From NCBI RefSeq assembly GCF_006345805.1, contig NW_021826243.1:1-36073 (forward strand): 36,073 nt of DNA, read 5' to 3'. This document shows, piece by piece, positions 23,338-34,741 of the stretch. The stretch is from Octopus sinensis. Lineage: Eukaryota. Made by a program: the position numbers and the translations under genes. The notes under the pieces were generated by a model, which was not told where the DNA came from, made no database searches, and was given only the letters and a program-made list of their open reading frames with translations. Each line of letters begins with the position of its first letter. The first letter of the stretch is position 1.

Positions 23338-23548
23338 ATTGTTTTCACCTCAATAGACGTCATTGATTGGTTGAAATTGCCGAAAATTAAGAAATTAGGA
23401 CCAAATATCTTACAAACTACAGAATTTTCTCAAGAAAGCCAAGAGAAAAAGATGTCTTATAAACACATTCTACCAGTATACGAAGTTTAAAAGTGTTTAG
23501 TTACAAAGAAATTATTTTAAAAATCTGCCGGTAAAACCGAAAAGATCC
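23338..23548 (-). mobile_element. Partial copy of the 484-898 MITE (one TIR)
   Basis: Reverse complement of ~484-690; ends AAAACCGAAAAGATCC. Confidence 0.85.
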
Positions 23549-23550
23549 AA

Positions 23551-23782
23551 ATTTCTTTACTACCCACAAGGGGCTAAACGCAGAGAGGACAAACAAGGAC
23601 AGACAAACGGATTAAGTCGATTACATGGACCCCAGTGCGTAACTGGTACTTAATTTATCGACCCCGAAAGGATGAAAGGCAAAGGCGACCACGGCGGAAT
23701 TTGAACTCAGAACGTAACAGCAGACGAAATACGGCTACGCATTTCGCCCGGCCTGCAAACGTTTCTGCCAGTTCACCGCCTT
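23551..23782 (-). mobile_element. SINE S2 (b-type tail), full length
   Basis: TTTCTTTACTACCCACAAGGGGCTAAAC...GCATTTCGCCCGGCCTGCAAACGTTTCTGCCAG. Confidence 0.9.
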
Positions 23783-23814
23783 CTGAGTGGGAAGGTATAA
23801 AAACACAAAATTAT

Positions 23815-24133
23815 ATGGTAAAACATTTGTTGTTGTTTGTTCTTTCTCGAGCCACGCTGGCTCATAGTGCCGGTTTCCCGGTTTCCTTGGTGTATAGGTT
23901 CTCCCACCTGGACGGGACGCCGGTCAGTCGCAGGTGAGCTGCAAGATGCAGGAGGAAAGAGTGAGAGAAAGTTGTGGCGAAAGAGTCGGCAGAAGTTCGC
24001 CATTACCTTCTGCCGGAGCCGCGTGGAACTTAGGTATTTCGCTCATAAACACATCGCCAGTTCTGAGATTCGAACCCGCGATCCCTCGACCGCGAGTCCG
24101 CTGCTCTAACCACTAGTCCATGTGCCTCCACAC
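23815..24133 (-). mobile_element. SINE S3, tail type b, full length
   Basis: Reverse-complement head GGCACATGGACTAGTGGTTAGAGCAGCGGACTCGCGG..GGGTTCGAATCTC (A and B boxes); tail CGTCCCGTCCAGGTGGG..GGAAACCGGGAAACCGG..AACAAACAACAA. Confidence 0.9.
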
Positions 24134-24514
24134 AGCTTGTATTAGAGCTCGTTAATTAAGTGTTACATCTCTGGCGATACAACATCAAGTGAACTTTTAA
24201 AAACAAATTTTTTTCACCGATTCAAATAATATTGTTACAACATGCGAAAACCGGAATAATTTAGCAGATCCGTGCTGCTTTATGCAATTACAACCCATAC
24301 TGGAGCAATGCATACAACTGGTATCATTAAAAATTTATGTCCAGATAATCATTAAACGTGTCGTTTTAAGGATCGATTTAGCTTTAACGCGATAACTATT
24401 GACAGATAAACTAAACGTGTATCGCTATACAATTGGTTATCTGACCAACCCATTAATCGATGGCTAAACGGTCAATCAGTTGTTTGTCAAGGTCATTCCG
24501 TCGCTAACTCTGTT

Positions 24515-25010
24515 GCATAGTGCTAAAAATGCCAACATTGCTATGAGTATATAGGACCAGATACTGCTGCAGCTTGGGTTCCAAAAACCCACAGGCTTTC
24601 AACATCCTCCCAAAAAAGCCCGATAAGTCTACATGTGTTGGACAAATAACGAACTGGGCGTCACAGCATAGTACGAAAGATCCCAAAATTGCCATTAGGA
24701 TGTAGTACCAGATATTGCAACAGCTTAGATATCAAGGGTGCACAGCCCTTCATTATACTCCCCAAAAGCCCGGTAAATTTACATGGAATGGAGTAGGCGC
24801 CTTCATAACGAAGTTGCATCTCCTCCTGGCTGAACCTACCTAACAGCAAGAAACACAGAAGAGGTTAGAAACATCAATTGCCCTCATTTAGCAAATGCCG
24901 CATATCAAGGGCAGTTTCAAGTAAGGGAAGTGTGGCAAAGTTAACAGCGCTGCCCCAGCATGGCCTCAGCTCTCAAGCTTAACCTAATAAAGAAAAGAAA
25001 AAGAAAACAA
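24515..25010 (+). mobile_element. CR1-like LINE 3' end with internal tandem duplication
   Basis: Homologous to the reverse complement of 18100-18370 (GGACCAG..CAGCTTGGGTT..AACATCCTCCC..GAACCTACC); tail GCTGCCCCAGCATGGCCTCAGCTCTCAAGC plus A-rich end. Confidence 0.7.
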
Positions 25011-25057
25011 ACTATATGCACATATATACTTTTATAAGTTTATATGCTACTGTTTTA

Positions 25058-25278
25058 CAGTAATCACTAGACTATCGCGGGTGTTACATTTCAAAATCCC
25101 CGCAATAGATGAAAATCCGCGAAATAGAAACAGTACTGTACTCTATATTTTTTTTATTATTTTCATAATTTGCATATATTTATTTTATTATAAAGGCAAA
25201 ATAACACCACGGAGGAATCGACGTAAGCTTAGGTAATAAACCGCGATAGGTGAACCGCGATGTGGCGACAGATTACTG
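25058..25278. mobile_element. Tc1/mariner-superfamily (pogo/Tigger-like) MITE with TA TSD
   Basis: TA|CAGTAATCACTAGACTATCGCGG ... CCGCGATGTGGCGACAGATTACTG|TA. Confidence 0.8.
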
Positions 25279-25859
25279 TATTCCGATTTTAGTTGGATTT
25301 TCTGTAACTATAAAAACAAACAGAAAAATATTCATATGTACAAACAACTTCATATAATTGACAAACATTGCAACAGTATAACTCATTTATTATCAGTGAC
25401 GGTTGATATGTGTCTGAAGTGTGTTTGTGTTTGGTAGACACATCGACTGATACATATATGTGTGCTTAAGGTAGATAAATGGATATATATATATATAGAG
25501 AGAGAGAGAGGTGGGTGATAAAAATGGGAGGTAGATAATTCTGAAGAAGTAAGGGAGTAAATATATTTCTCTCGTCATCCCCTTTCTAAACAAGCCATTT
25601 TCGGTCCAGTTCTAAAAGCTCTAATAACCTTATAAACTGTCTCGCTTAGTTGGCCATAAAATGGTTTCCAGCAAAATTTCCTATAGTTTCTTTTTCTAAA
25701 AGGTAAGTGCCTCTTAATCCCTATCTTACTATTCTTCTTTATGATTGTAGTTGTTTTAATTTTTTCTTTTAATGTTGACGATTTTTTATTGTTTTTGTTG
25801 ATCGTGTAGCGGTTGCTCAGACTGCTGTAAATATTGCTAAAAGTATACGTATTTATGAG

Positions 25860-26405
25860 TATTGGGTTAGGATCTAAATACTGCGATATTTTAATCTTTT
25901 ATTTTTCAAAATTAGGAAAAACGAAATTCATTTTTCACCTAAAATATACTCTCCTTCATTTTCTACAATGCTCTTCCATCCATATGATAGATTTGCAAGG
26001 CCTCCATTCCAAAGTTCACTTGTAGTGACGAAAAATACTCCTCCTGTTCCATTCTGACCTCGTCTACAGAATTCATATTTTTTCCGTCTAAATGATTTTG
26101 AAGACTGTGGAATAAATGATAATCAGATGGGGCAATGTCTAGCGAAAATGGTGGGTTGGGCATCTTTTCCCACTCAAACTGTTCCAACCTTTGCAATGTC
26201 ATCTTCGCTGTATGTGACCGACCATTATCCTGATGGAGGAACACGTTTCGTCTTGAAACCGAAGATGGTCGTTTTTGGTCTAGTGCTGACTTAAGCCGCT
26301 CAGGCTACTCACAGGTGATCTCCTTTGTTATCGGTTGGTTTCTGTTGAAAAGTTCAAATTGGTTTAAACCTTTCATATCCCACCGAGTAGATCACAACAC
26401 CTTAC
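25860..26405 (-). pseudogene. Mariner (DD34D) transposase relic with right TIR
   Basis: RWDMKGLNQFEL..NQPITKEITCE*PERLKSALDQKRP..VFLHQDNGRSHT..PNPPFSLDIAPSDYHLFHSLQNHL; terminus TATTGGGT near 25860. Confidence 0.9.
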
Positions 26406-26499
26406 GTAGGTGAATATATTAATTAAGATATCATAATATATTAAATAAGAAAATATAATATATTAATTGTCCATTCTGATTGAACTAGTACTTTCATGT

Positions 26500-26622
26500 T
26501 GAGAAGTAGGAATGTGATCCACAGAGAACCAGCTTCATTCTGATGTATGATACATGTTCCTGTGTTGGGAATTATACCTGTCCTAAACAAAATGGCATTA
26601 CTTTTTAACTCACTCTCATATA
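26500..26622 (-). mobile_element. Left end of a second mariner-like element
   Basis: Reverse complement begins TATGAGAGTGAGTTAAAAAGTAATGCC, resembling mariner TIRs; no partner TIR in the window. Confidence 0.4.
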
Positions 26623-26658
26623 TTACTGCTGCATGCAGTGATTGCTAGCTGTTCATAC

Positions 26659-26741
26659 CAGCCATAAGAATACATTTGAACCTAAAGCGATGATATTGGC
26701 TGTCTGCATGTGATAAACATCGCCGCTTAACTCCCTACATC
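26659..26741 (-). CDS. Candidate 83-nt internal exon, product unknown: (G)CRELSGDVYHMQTANIIALGSNVFLWL
   Basis: TTATTTAG| acceptor and CTG|GTATGA donor; only one frame open; phase 1 matches the 29674-29768 exon. Confidence 0.25.
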
Positions 26742-27146
26742 CTAAATAACTGACTACATTATAATAGCAAAACAGAGGACGTGAACTGTGCAACGAAAGC
26801 ATAGATATGTAGAAAGCATTTAATATTTTTGTGTCTTCTCCTAGATTCGAACATCTGATGAGGTGAACATGGTCTATACATACCAAAAGTAATGTTGAGC
26901 TGGCACAAATTGTACACACACAAACACACACTCACACACGCATATGACTTAACATATTCCTAAATATACTCGCTTTACACATGCATACACAAACAACCGT
27001 GTATATATATGTGTCTATATATATATATGCATGTTCACACACACACACACGCACACATACACACACACACACATACCACCACACACACATATATATAATA
27101 TATATATATATATGTATATATAATATATATATATATATAGTATAAC

Positions 27147-27269
<123 letters not shown>

Positions 27270-27270
27270 G

Positions 27271-27350
<80 letters not shown>

Positions 27351-27354
27351 TCAC

Positions 27355-27410
27355 TGCGGTGCCCCAGCATGGACCCAGCCTCAGGACTGAAACATATACA
27401 AGAATAAAAT
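27355..27410 (+). mobile_element. Isolated CR1/SINE-type 3' tail
   Basis: GCGGTGCCCCAGCATGGACCCAGCCTCAGGACTGAAAC plus A-rich end, immediately after (TA)n. Confidence 0.7.
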
Positions 27411-27422
27411 AATTCTTTATTT

Positions 27423-27676
27423 GTGAATTAAGGCTATCATAAGTTTCATGTTAAGAAAAGTAGGAAAATATCCTAGTGTCGTAACAATTTTTCAAACCGA
27501 ACACATGGAGACTGTTTTTCGCCTCACATGTACGAGGAATCCCACAAACGAAGCGAGACTGTTTTCCAGAATGGAACCGAACACGTTTCTTCATGTAACT
27601 GGCTTGAAAGATGGTTAAGACGCTAGGATGTTTTCCTACTTTTCTTAACATGAAACCAATGGTAGCCTTAATTCAC
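27423..27676. mobile_element. Fold-back element/MITE with ~76-bp inverted arms
   Basis: GTGAATTAAGGCTATCAT..GTTTCATGTTAAGAAAAGTAGGAAAA..CCTAGTGTC..TTCAAACC pairs with the reverse complement of 27601-27676. Confidence 0.85.
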
Positions 27677-28404
27677 TAAAATCAAATTATGTATCCACCA
27701 ATGCGGTGTTGAGCACTCATTTCATAGTACAATATTTACGTATATGTGTATATATATAAGTATAAACCTATCTGTGTTGGAATATGTGTATATTCACATA
27801 GGTGTATGCGTCTATTTCTCAGTGCGTATATATGGGCGCATTCATGTATGTTTGTGTGTATGTGTACATGTGTGCCTACGTGTATACAGGTCGGCTCCGA
27901 CTTCCAAGTTAGCCTCCCTCAGTTTTTTTAATCTAACATTTCCAGGAATATCTGACGTAAAATCGATTGAATAATCTACGCAAAATCCAATATACCGTGT
28001 TGAATTTTGTTCGTTTTTGACCCTAGATCAGGTGGATAAAAGCAGATCTCCGTTTTGATTCCGCTGATCTCTATGATCAAAGGCATCCCCAACATATATA
28101 TTCAGTCTTTTATCAGACTATATAAGAACACACGCACACACACACATTCACACGCACATACACACACGCATTGTTTTGTGTCTTACTTTTTAAGGGCATG
28201 TTGCGATATGAGCGAGAAACCTCACTCATAACAATTTTTAATCTTAACCAGTATTGAATCCTTTATTTAAGAAATATTAATTTATATTCATGATATAAAG
28301 GTTTATACTTATACTTTCGTACGCGCCTGTGTGTGCGTAAATATAAATGTATACGTGTCTATGAATAAGTCTACGTATAGATATATTTATATATATTTAC
28401 ATAA

Positions 28405-28446
28405 AAGAGGAATGACCACTAAATCATCTTAGTGGTCATCCCTCTT
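28405..28446. other. Perfect-like hairpin (17 of 18 bp, 6-nt loop)
   Basis: AAGAGGAATGACCACTAA-ATCATC-TTAGTGGTCATCCCTCTT. Confidence 0.9.
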
Positions 28447-28757
28447 ATATATATGTATATATTTTTTTCTGAGTCTCAGATTTTTCTACATGCTAGACCA
28501 CTGGTTTTAAATTGATATTAATCAAATTAATATTCATTATATATATATATAATATATATATATAATATATTATATATATATATATACAAATTGAGATAGG
28601 GGTTGTGAGTGCAACCCACCATGGGATAACATATATCCGATATACTGCCAGTAAAGCACCCAACAAAGTTAATATACAAATGTTAAGAATTGTGATGCAA
28701 TTAATTCATTTATTGTATTATATGGGCAAAGGTAAAATGTTTTACCACAAATTAATA

Positions 28758-29055
28758 ATACAAAATAAGAAAATGGAGAAATACACTTTAATCAATAATC
28801 AACTACCAGATAATCCCCAATCACATAATTTATTAAACCACTACATATGAACATCAAGGTCAAACATAATAGTATAGAACAAAACAATGCACATCAATGA
28901 GTAATATGATACAATAAGTACAGTATGTATACACAGTATGTATTAGTGATTATAAATAAATAAAAATATAAATATAAACTACATCTTACAGCTGTTTCAG
29001 CCATGCAGATATGGGTATTGATTAAGGTGTATTTCTCCATTTTCTTATTTTGTAT
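28758..29055. repeat. 40-bp inverted repeat (39/40 identical) enclosing a 218-bp spacer that holds a hammerhead 3' half
   Basis: 28758-28797 versus 29016-29055; the ORF track shows IQNKKMEKYTLIN on both strands. Confidence 0.9.
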
Positions 29056-29117
29056 ATATATATATTTGTGTGTGTGTTTGTGTGTGTGTGTATAAAATAG
29101 ATAAATGCGCACTTATA

Positions 29118-29326
29118 AAGCCTGGTCAGGCTTATGGCCCCGGTTTCCCGGTTTCTATGGCGTATGTGTTCCCCAGCTGGACGGGACGCCAGTCCAAGGC
29201 AGCGTTACTCATTTTTGCGAGATGGGTAGACTGGTGCAACGTGAAATGAATTGTTTTGCTCAAGAACACAACGCGTCGCCCGGTCCAGGAATCGAAACCC
29301 TAACCACTAAGCCACGCGCCTCCACA
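29118..29326 (-). mobile_element. SINE with CORE-like body and S3b-type tail
   Basis: Reverse complement: GGAGGCGCGTGGCTTAGTGGTTAGG..TTCTTGAGCAAAAC..GGACTGGCGTCCCGTCCAGCTGGGG..GAAACCGGGAAACCGG. Confidence 0.85.
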
Positions 29327-29673
29327 CACACACATATATATATGTGCGTGTGTGTATGTGTGTGTGTGTGCATGTAGTTCCTCGCACCTTTGTGTGTTCG
29401 TGGTGTTTGCATGTGTATGTGTACGCAAAGGTAAGTCTTGGGACAAATCTTACCTTGTGAATGAAACTGGATTGACAGGAAATGTATGGAAGCACGTCGA
29501 TTTATGTCTACTTATAATTCAAACTATACAACCGTCTCTCATACACACCGAGTTAGTCTCATACTGCATAAGAGGTTTCATTAAAAGTACATGAGTCTGT
29601 ATAATGCTTAACCGTATTAACTTCAATTCTGGAGCAGGAAATACAACTGATACAAGTAAAACCGAATTCTCAC

Positions 29674-29768
29674 CTTCGAAAGATAAGAGGTCTACCATCA
29701 TTGCATGCGGTTTTTTTATGAAATAAGTGTGGAAGCAGCTTTCCGTTTTAAATAAGACAGCAAGGCCT
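29674..29768 (-). CDS. Candidate 95-nt internal exon, product unknown: GLAVLFKTESCFHTYFIKKPHAMMVDLLSFE(G)
   Basis: Strong acceptor TTTTTTTTTTCTATTTCAG| and strong donor AAG|GTGAGA; only one frame open; non-repetitive sequence. Confidence 0.35.
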
Positions 29769-29880
29769 CTGAAATAGAAAAAAAAAAGTTCATGTTTGGC
29801 CATGAAAGTAACATATATGAGATCGTAAAGACTAGAATTCTTTTTTCGGGTCTTAGGACAGCAGCAGCACAATGGGGTGG

Positions 29881-29996
29881 TGAGAAGATATTTGCTGTGG
29901 TCCATCTTTAATGCCAAACAAAACAATGTACATTATAACACTTTCAATCAATTAAGACCAGAAGCCATGAGAGCCACTGTCTGGTACTGCATCAGG

Positions 29997-29997
<1 letters not shown>
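29881..29997 (-). mobile_element. Family X 5' end
   Basis: Reverse complement CCCTGATGCAGTACCAGACAGTGGCTCTCATGGCTTC.. matches 31874-31960; abuts a (TTA)n tract at 29998-30047. Confidence 0.8.
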
Positions 29998-30050
<53 letters not shown>

Positions 30051-30104
30051 TATTTATTCAGATTACTGCCTGGAATCGAACTCGGAGTCTTGGGGTTAGT
30101 AGCC

Positions 30105-30391
30105 TAGCCAGGTTCATGTGCCCGGTTTCCCTGTTTCTGTGGCGTATGTGTTTTCCCCACGTGAACGGGACGCCAGTCCATCGCAGCGTTACTCTAGAAA
30201 CAAGAAGGGAGAGTGACAGAAAGTTGTGGCGAAAGAGTACGACAGGTGTCACCACCATCCCCTGCCGGAGCCTCGTGGAGCTTTTAGTTGCTTTCGTTCA
30301 ATAAACACACACAACGCCCGATCTGGGAATCGAAACCGCGATCTTCCGCCCGCGAGTCCGCTGCCCCAACCACTGAGCCATTGCGCCTTCA
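30105..30391 (-). mobile_element. SINE S3, tail type b
   Basis: Reverse-complement head GGCGCAATGGCTCAGTGGTTGGGGCAGCGGACTCGC; CTGCGATGGACTGGCGTCCCGTTCAC tail. Confidence 0.9.
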
Positions 30392-30392
30392 G

Positions 30393-30427
<35 letters not shown>

Positions 30428-30435
30428 CACACACA

Positions 30436-30466
<31 letters not shown>

Positions 30467-30727
30467 CAACTAGACAATATATATACACATACACACACAC
30501 ACCATAAACGAATACTTACGTGTATATCTCCACTGATGAGGCAGAGTATATTTCTCTGCAATACCAGATATCTGAATCTGGATTATCTAATAATTGTTTG
30601 CTAATTTATTTGTCAATTTGTCTTTTCTTTCTCTGTGTGCTGTATGTATACTTGCTGTGGTTTTAGAGTCAAGTTTTGACTGCTATCTCTAGCATGGTAG
30701 TCTCTTTTAGATACCCTTAATTATAAT

Positions 30728-30808
<81 letters not shown>

Positions 30809-31093
30809 GGAATGTGGAAGATGTTAGCTATTATTTCTTTCTCGATTTCACGTGTTATATGTGACATAGAAATTCTTGGCACAGAGGAACTTTATAACAC
30901 GAACTTTAATTTGGATGAAGCGTCTATATTTAAATATTAATCGGAAATAGCAGCAACAGCTCTGGTGAATAAACAGCTCTGGCAAACAGATATACTAATT
31001 CGTACACCAACATACACTTAACCGTACATTTGAATTATATATATATACATACACACACACATATATATATTATATATATATACATATATATAC

Positions 31094-31124
<31 letters not shown>

Positions 31125-31362
31125 CATATATATACATACATATATATAAATAGATATATATATATATATACATATATATACATGTATATACATATATATA
31201 TAACGTGAAGCTTTATGAAAATAGACAAAAGACGAAGGCAGGTTTACGGAAATAAACAAAAGACGAAGGCAGGTGGAATACAAACAAACAATTGTATTAG
31301 TATGGTGCTCAGGAAATATAAATAAAACAAGTGTGTGTGTGTGTATGTATATGTATATATGT

Positions 31363-31716
31363 GGATGTGCAATGGCCCAGTTGTTAGGGTAGTGGACTCG
31401 CAGTCGTAGGATTGCGGTTTCGAATCCCGACCAGGCGTTGTGAGTGTTTATTGAGCGCAAACACCTAAACTCCACGAGTCTCCTGAAAAGGGGTGGTAGT
31501 GGCGAACTCTGCTGTACTCTTTCACCACAACATTCTCTCACTCCTTCTTTCTGTTTCTGTTGTACCCGTATTTCAAAGCCCCCCCCCCACACACACACAC
31601 ACTTGTCACACTCTGTGTCACGCTAGTTCTCCCACTTGAACGTTAATTTCACGAGCAGGCTGTTGCGTTGATCGGATCAACTAGAACCCTTGTTGTCATA
31701 ACCAACGGAGTGCCAC
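31363..31716 (+). mobile_element. SINE S3, tail type a
   Basis: GCAATGGCCCAGTTGTTAGGGTAGTGGACTCGC..GTTTCGAATCCC..GATCGGATCAACTAGAACCC..CGGAGTGCCA. Confidence 0.85.
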
Positions 31717-31725
31717 GCTTATATA

Positions 31726-31773
<48 letters not shown>

Positions 31774-31873
31774 ATTAACAGATATGATTATAAATATTTA
31801 TTATGTATAACATATATATGTATATATATTATATATACATATAAAAATACATAGGTACATACATGATACATAC

Positions 31874-32370
31874 ACCAGGCAGTGGCTTTCATGGCTTCTA
31901 ATCTTAACAGATTGGAAGTGTTATTATGCACATTGTTTAGGGCTACAGCAAACATTCTGCTCAATACCACAGATTTGCTTGACCTTAGTGACTGAAGATA
32001 TGTGCATCTCTGATCACGAGCAGAAGTAGTGGGGAACATCATAGCCATGTGTTGAGAGGAATTCTTTGGGGTTTTGATAATTCACCTCTGGAAAACATGA
32101 GTGTTTCATTCAACCTTTATTCAAGGACAACCCTATTCCAGGGGCCTTTTGAGTAGGATGGCGTACTCGACCTGAAGAAAATTCTAACGGGACCTCACAG
32201 TCAAGGTCATGCGTTGTTTATCTTCATATAAGGTCACTATGTCGCTGACATATGGTTGTGGTGCATGTCCCTGGTGTACCCTTATCTGACGATTGGTCAT
32301 GATGGGTATATTTGGCTTCGTATATTTTACCCCAGTGTCACTTTGATAGCATTCACTGCTCTCTCACTCA
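31874..32370 (+). mobile_element. Family X, near-full-length copy
   Basis: Its 5' part matches 29881-29997 (reverse complement) and its 3' part matches 11906-12274. Confidence 0.85.
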
Positions 32371-32735
32371 CTCATACATACGTACATTTTCTCTCCAAAA
32401 ATGTTCATGTTTTATATTAAATTGCTTCTAATAAAAATTCCATAGTGACATAATCACTGTATTACATAGATAACTGAAGCTATATTAATGATAAATTCAG
32501 AGATGACATCTGTATTAGGTAGAGTGTAACCTTTCACAGGACGTAACTTTAGATGTATACTTTGCTTCCATCGTTTCTACCATGAAATATCACATACATA
32601 GATTCAATATAATTAAAATTATCACGTTTCTTAGTTCTTACACAAAATAATGACATTAATAACTAATTTCCAGGAGAAGTATAAATATTATCTTAAATAA
32701 AAGTGAAAAGCGAACTATGCAGTTATAATTCGGAT

Positions 32736-33553
32736 TACTCTTTACTCTCTTACTTGTTTCAGTCATTTGACTGCGGCTATGCTGGAGCACCGCCTTTATT
32801 CGAGCAAATCGAACCCCAGGACTTATTCTTTGTAAGTCTAGTAATTATTCTATCGGTCTCTTTTGCCGAACCACTAGGTTACGGGGACGTAAACACACCA
32901 GCATCGGTTGTCAAGCGATGTTGGGGGGGGGGGGCAACACACACACACAAACACACAAACATACACACACATATGTACATATATACGACGGATTTCCTTC
33001 AGTTTCCGTCTACCAAATCCACTCACAAGGCTTTGGTCGGCCCGAGGCTATGGTAGAAGACACTTCTCCAAGATGCCACACAGTGGGACTGAACCCAGAA
33101 CCATGTGGTTGGTAAGCAAGCTACTTACCACTCAGCTTTCTTTTTTTTTTCTTCTTTACTCTTACTATTTACTCTTTTACTTGTTTCAGTCATTTGACTG
33201 CAGCCATGCTGGAGCACTGCATTTAATCGAGCAACTCGACCCCGGGACTTATTCTTTTGTAAGCCCAGCACTTATTCTATCGGTCTCTTTTGCCGAACCG
33301 CTAAGTAACAGGGACATAAACACACCAGCATCGGTTGTCAAGCGATGCTAGGGGGACAAACACATACACACAAACACACACACACATATGTACATATATA
33401 CGACGGGGTTCTTTCAGTTTCCGTCTACCAAATCCACTCACAAGGCTTTGGTCGGCCAGAGGCTATTGTAGAAAACACTTCTCCAAGATGCCACACAGTG
33501 GGACTGAACCCAGAACCATGTGGTTGGTTAACAAGCTACTTACCACACAGCCT
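32736..33553 (-). mobile_element. Two tandem SINE S1 copies (32736-33137 and 33152-33553)
   Basis: Both are complete S1 bodies that stop at the same head position and are followed by T-rich tracts. Confidence 0.92.
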
Positions 33554-33726
33554 TCTTTTTTTTTTGTCTTCTTTGTTAATAAAAAAATGAACATTGACCA
33601 TCCTGAAATATAACAATATGTTTCAACGCACGATTTTACAATAGGAATCTTTCAAAACAATTGCATAAACGTAAAAAGAAACTAATTTCTCATTTGCATA
33701 TTTGCAATAAATATTTATTAGTGATA

Positions 33727-33930
33727 GGGTGGCGGACTAGCAGAGTCGTTAACACGTCAGGCGAAAATGGTTAGCGGCATTTCGTCCGTCTTTATGTTCT
33801 GAGTTCGAATCCACATGAGTTTGACTTTACATTTCATCCTTTCGTGAGCAATAAAACATGCATCAGTTGGGCACTAGGGTCCATATAATCAACTAATCCC
33901 AGCCCCTAAAATGTTCACCTTCTGCCAGTT
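33727..33930 (+). mobile_element. Degenerate SINE S2
   Basis: GGCGGACTAGCAGAGTCGTTAACACGTCAGGCGAAAATGGTTAGCGGCATTTCGTCCG..TTCTGAGTTCGAATCC. Confidence 0.75.
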
Positions 33931-34550
33931 GAAACAAAAACAGTAAATAAATGTACGCCAATATTTTTTAAATTTGTATCTACATAATCGCTAATTGATC
34001 TATCGATCACCTATCCCTTCAAACTTGGAACTTTCCCCTTATATACTTTGTCATTTACTCCCTCCCCTCTTCCTCCTTAGTCATTACAACTATTCACTCT
34101 CACTCAGTGAGTGTAACCCTACTGTGTTCAAAGCCTGCCACAAAGCCTAGAGTGTGCACGCATCGTCCTTCACTTACGTTAACTTTCTCCCTGTGGCTTT
34201 CTTTTAATCTCTCCCGCTCTCTCATTTTATGGCACAAAATGAAATGTGAGAAATCAGTATACTGTAATGGGAGAAATATGTATTATATATATGTATATAT
34301 ATATATATTTTTTTTTTTCTTTTTTTTTCCTTGGCTTCTTTGCTGACGAGACAGGCCAGATGTAAACAAATTTAATTTAATTTAATTAAATGGGTTTAAC
34401 AAAGTGTCGAAACTATGCATAGTCCAAAGATGATAAGGGTAAATGTTTTTATTTCTCCTTTGATTTCAGAATTACAACTATTTAGCGGTTTGAGTTTGGC
34501 TGCTCCTTCTAGTGGGTCGAATGGCTTGTCAGGGCCATTCCTTAATATTG

Positions 34551-34595
<45 letters not shown>

Positions 34596-34709
34596 ATATA
34601 ATATATATATATATAGTTATATATATATATATATATATCTATATTCATATATACATATATAAACACACATATATGATACAATATATATATATATTATACA
34701 TACACACGC

Positions 34710-34741
<32 letters not shown>

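Noticed and set aside
24060-24133. tRNA-like sequence with A and B boxes (also 2476, 15024, 30320, 31363, 35385)
   Set aside because: No acceptor-stem closure, and each continues into a SINE body. These are SINE heads, not tRNA genes.
26850-26896. AACAU-CUGAUGA-GGU..ACC-AAAA-GUA-AUGUU hammerhead look-alike
   Set aside because: G12 is absent and there is no stem III at all. Likely chance.
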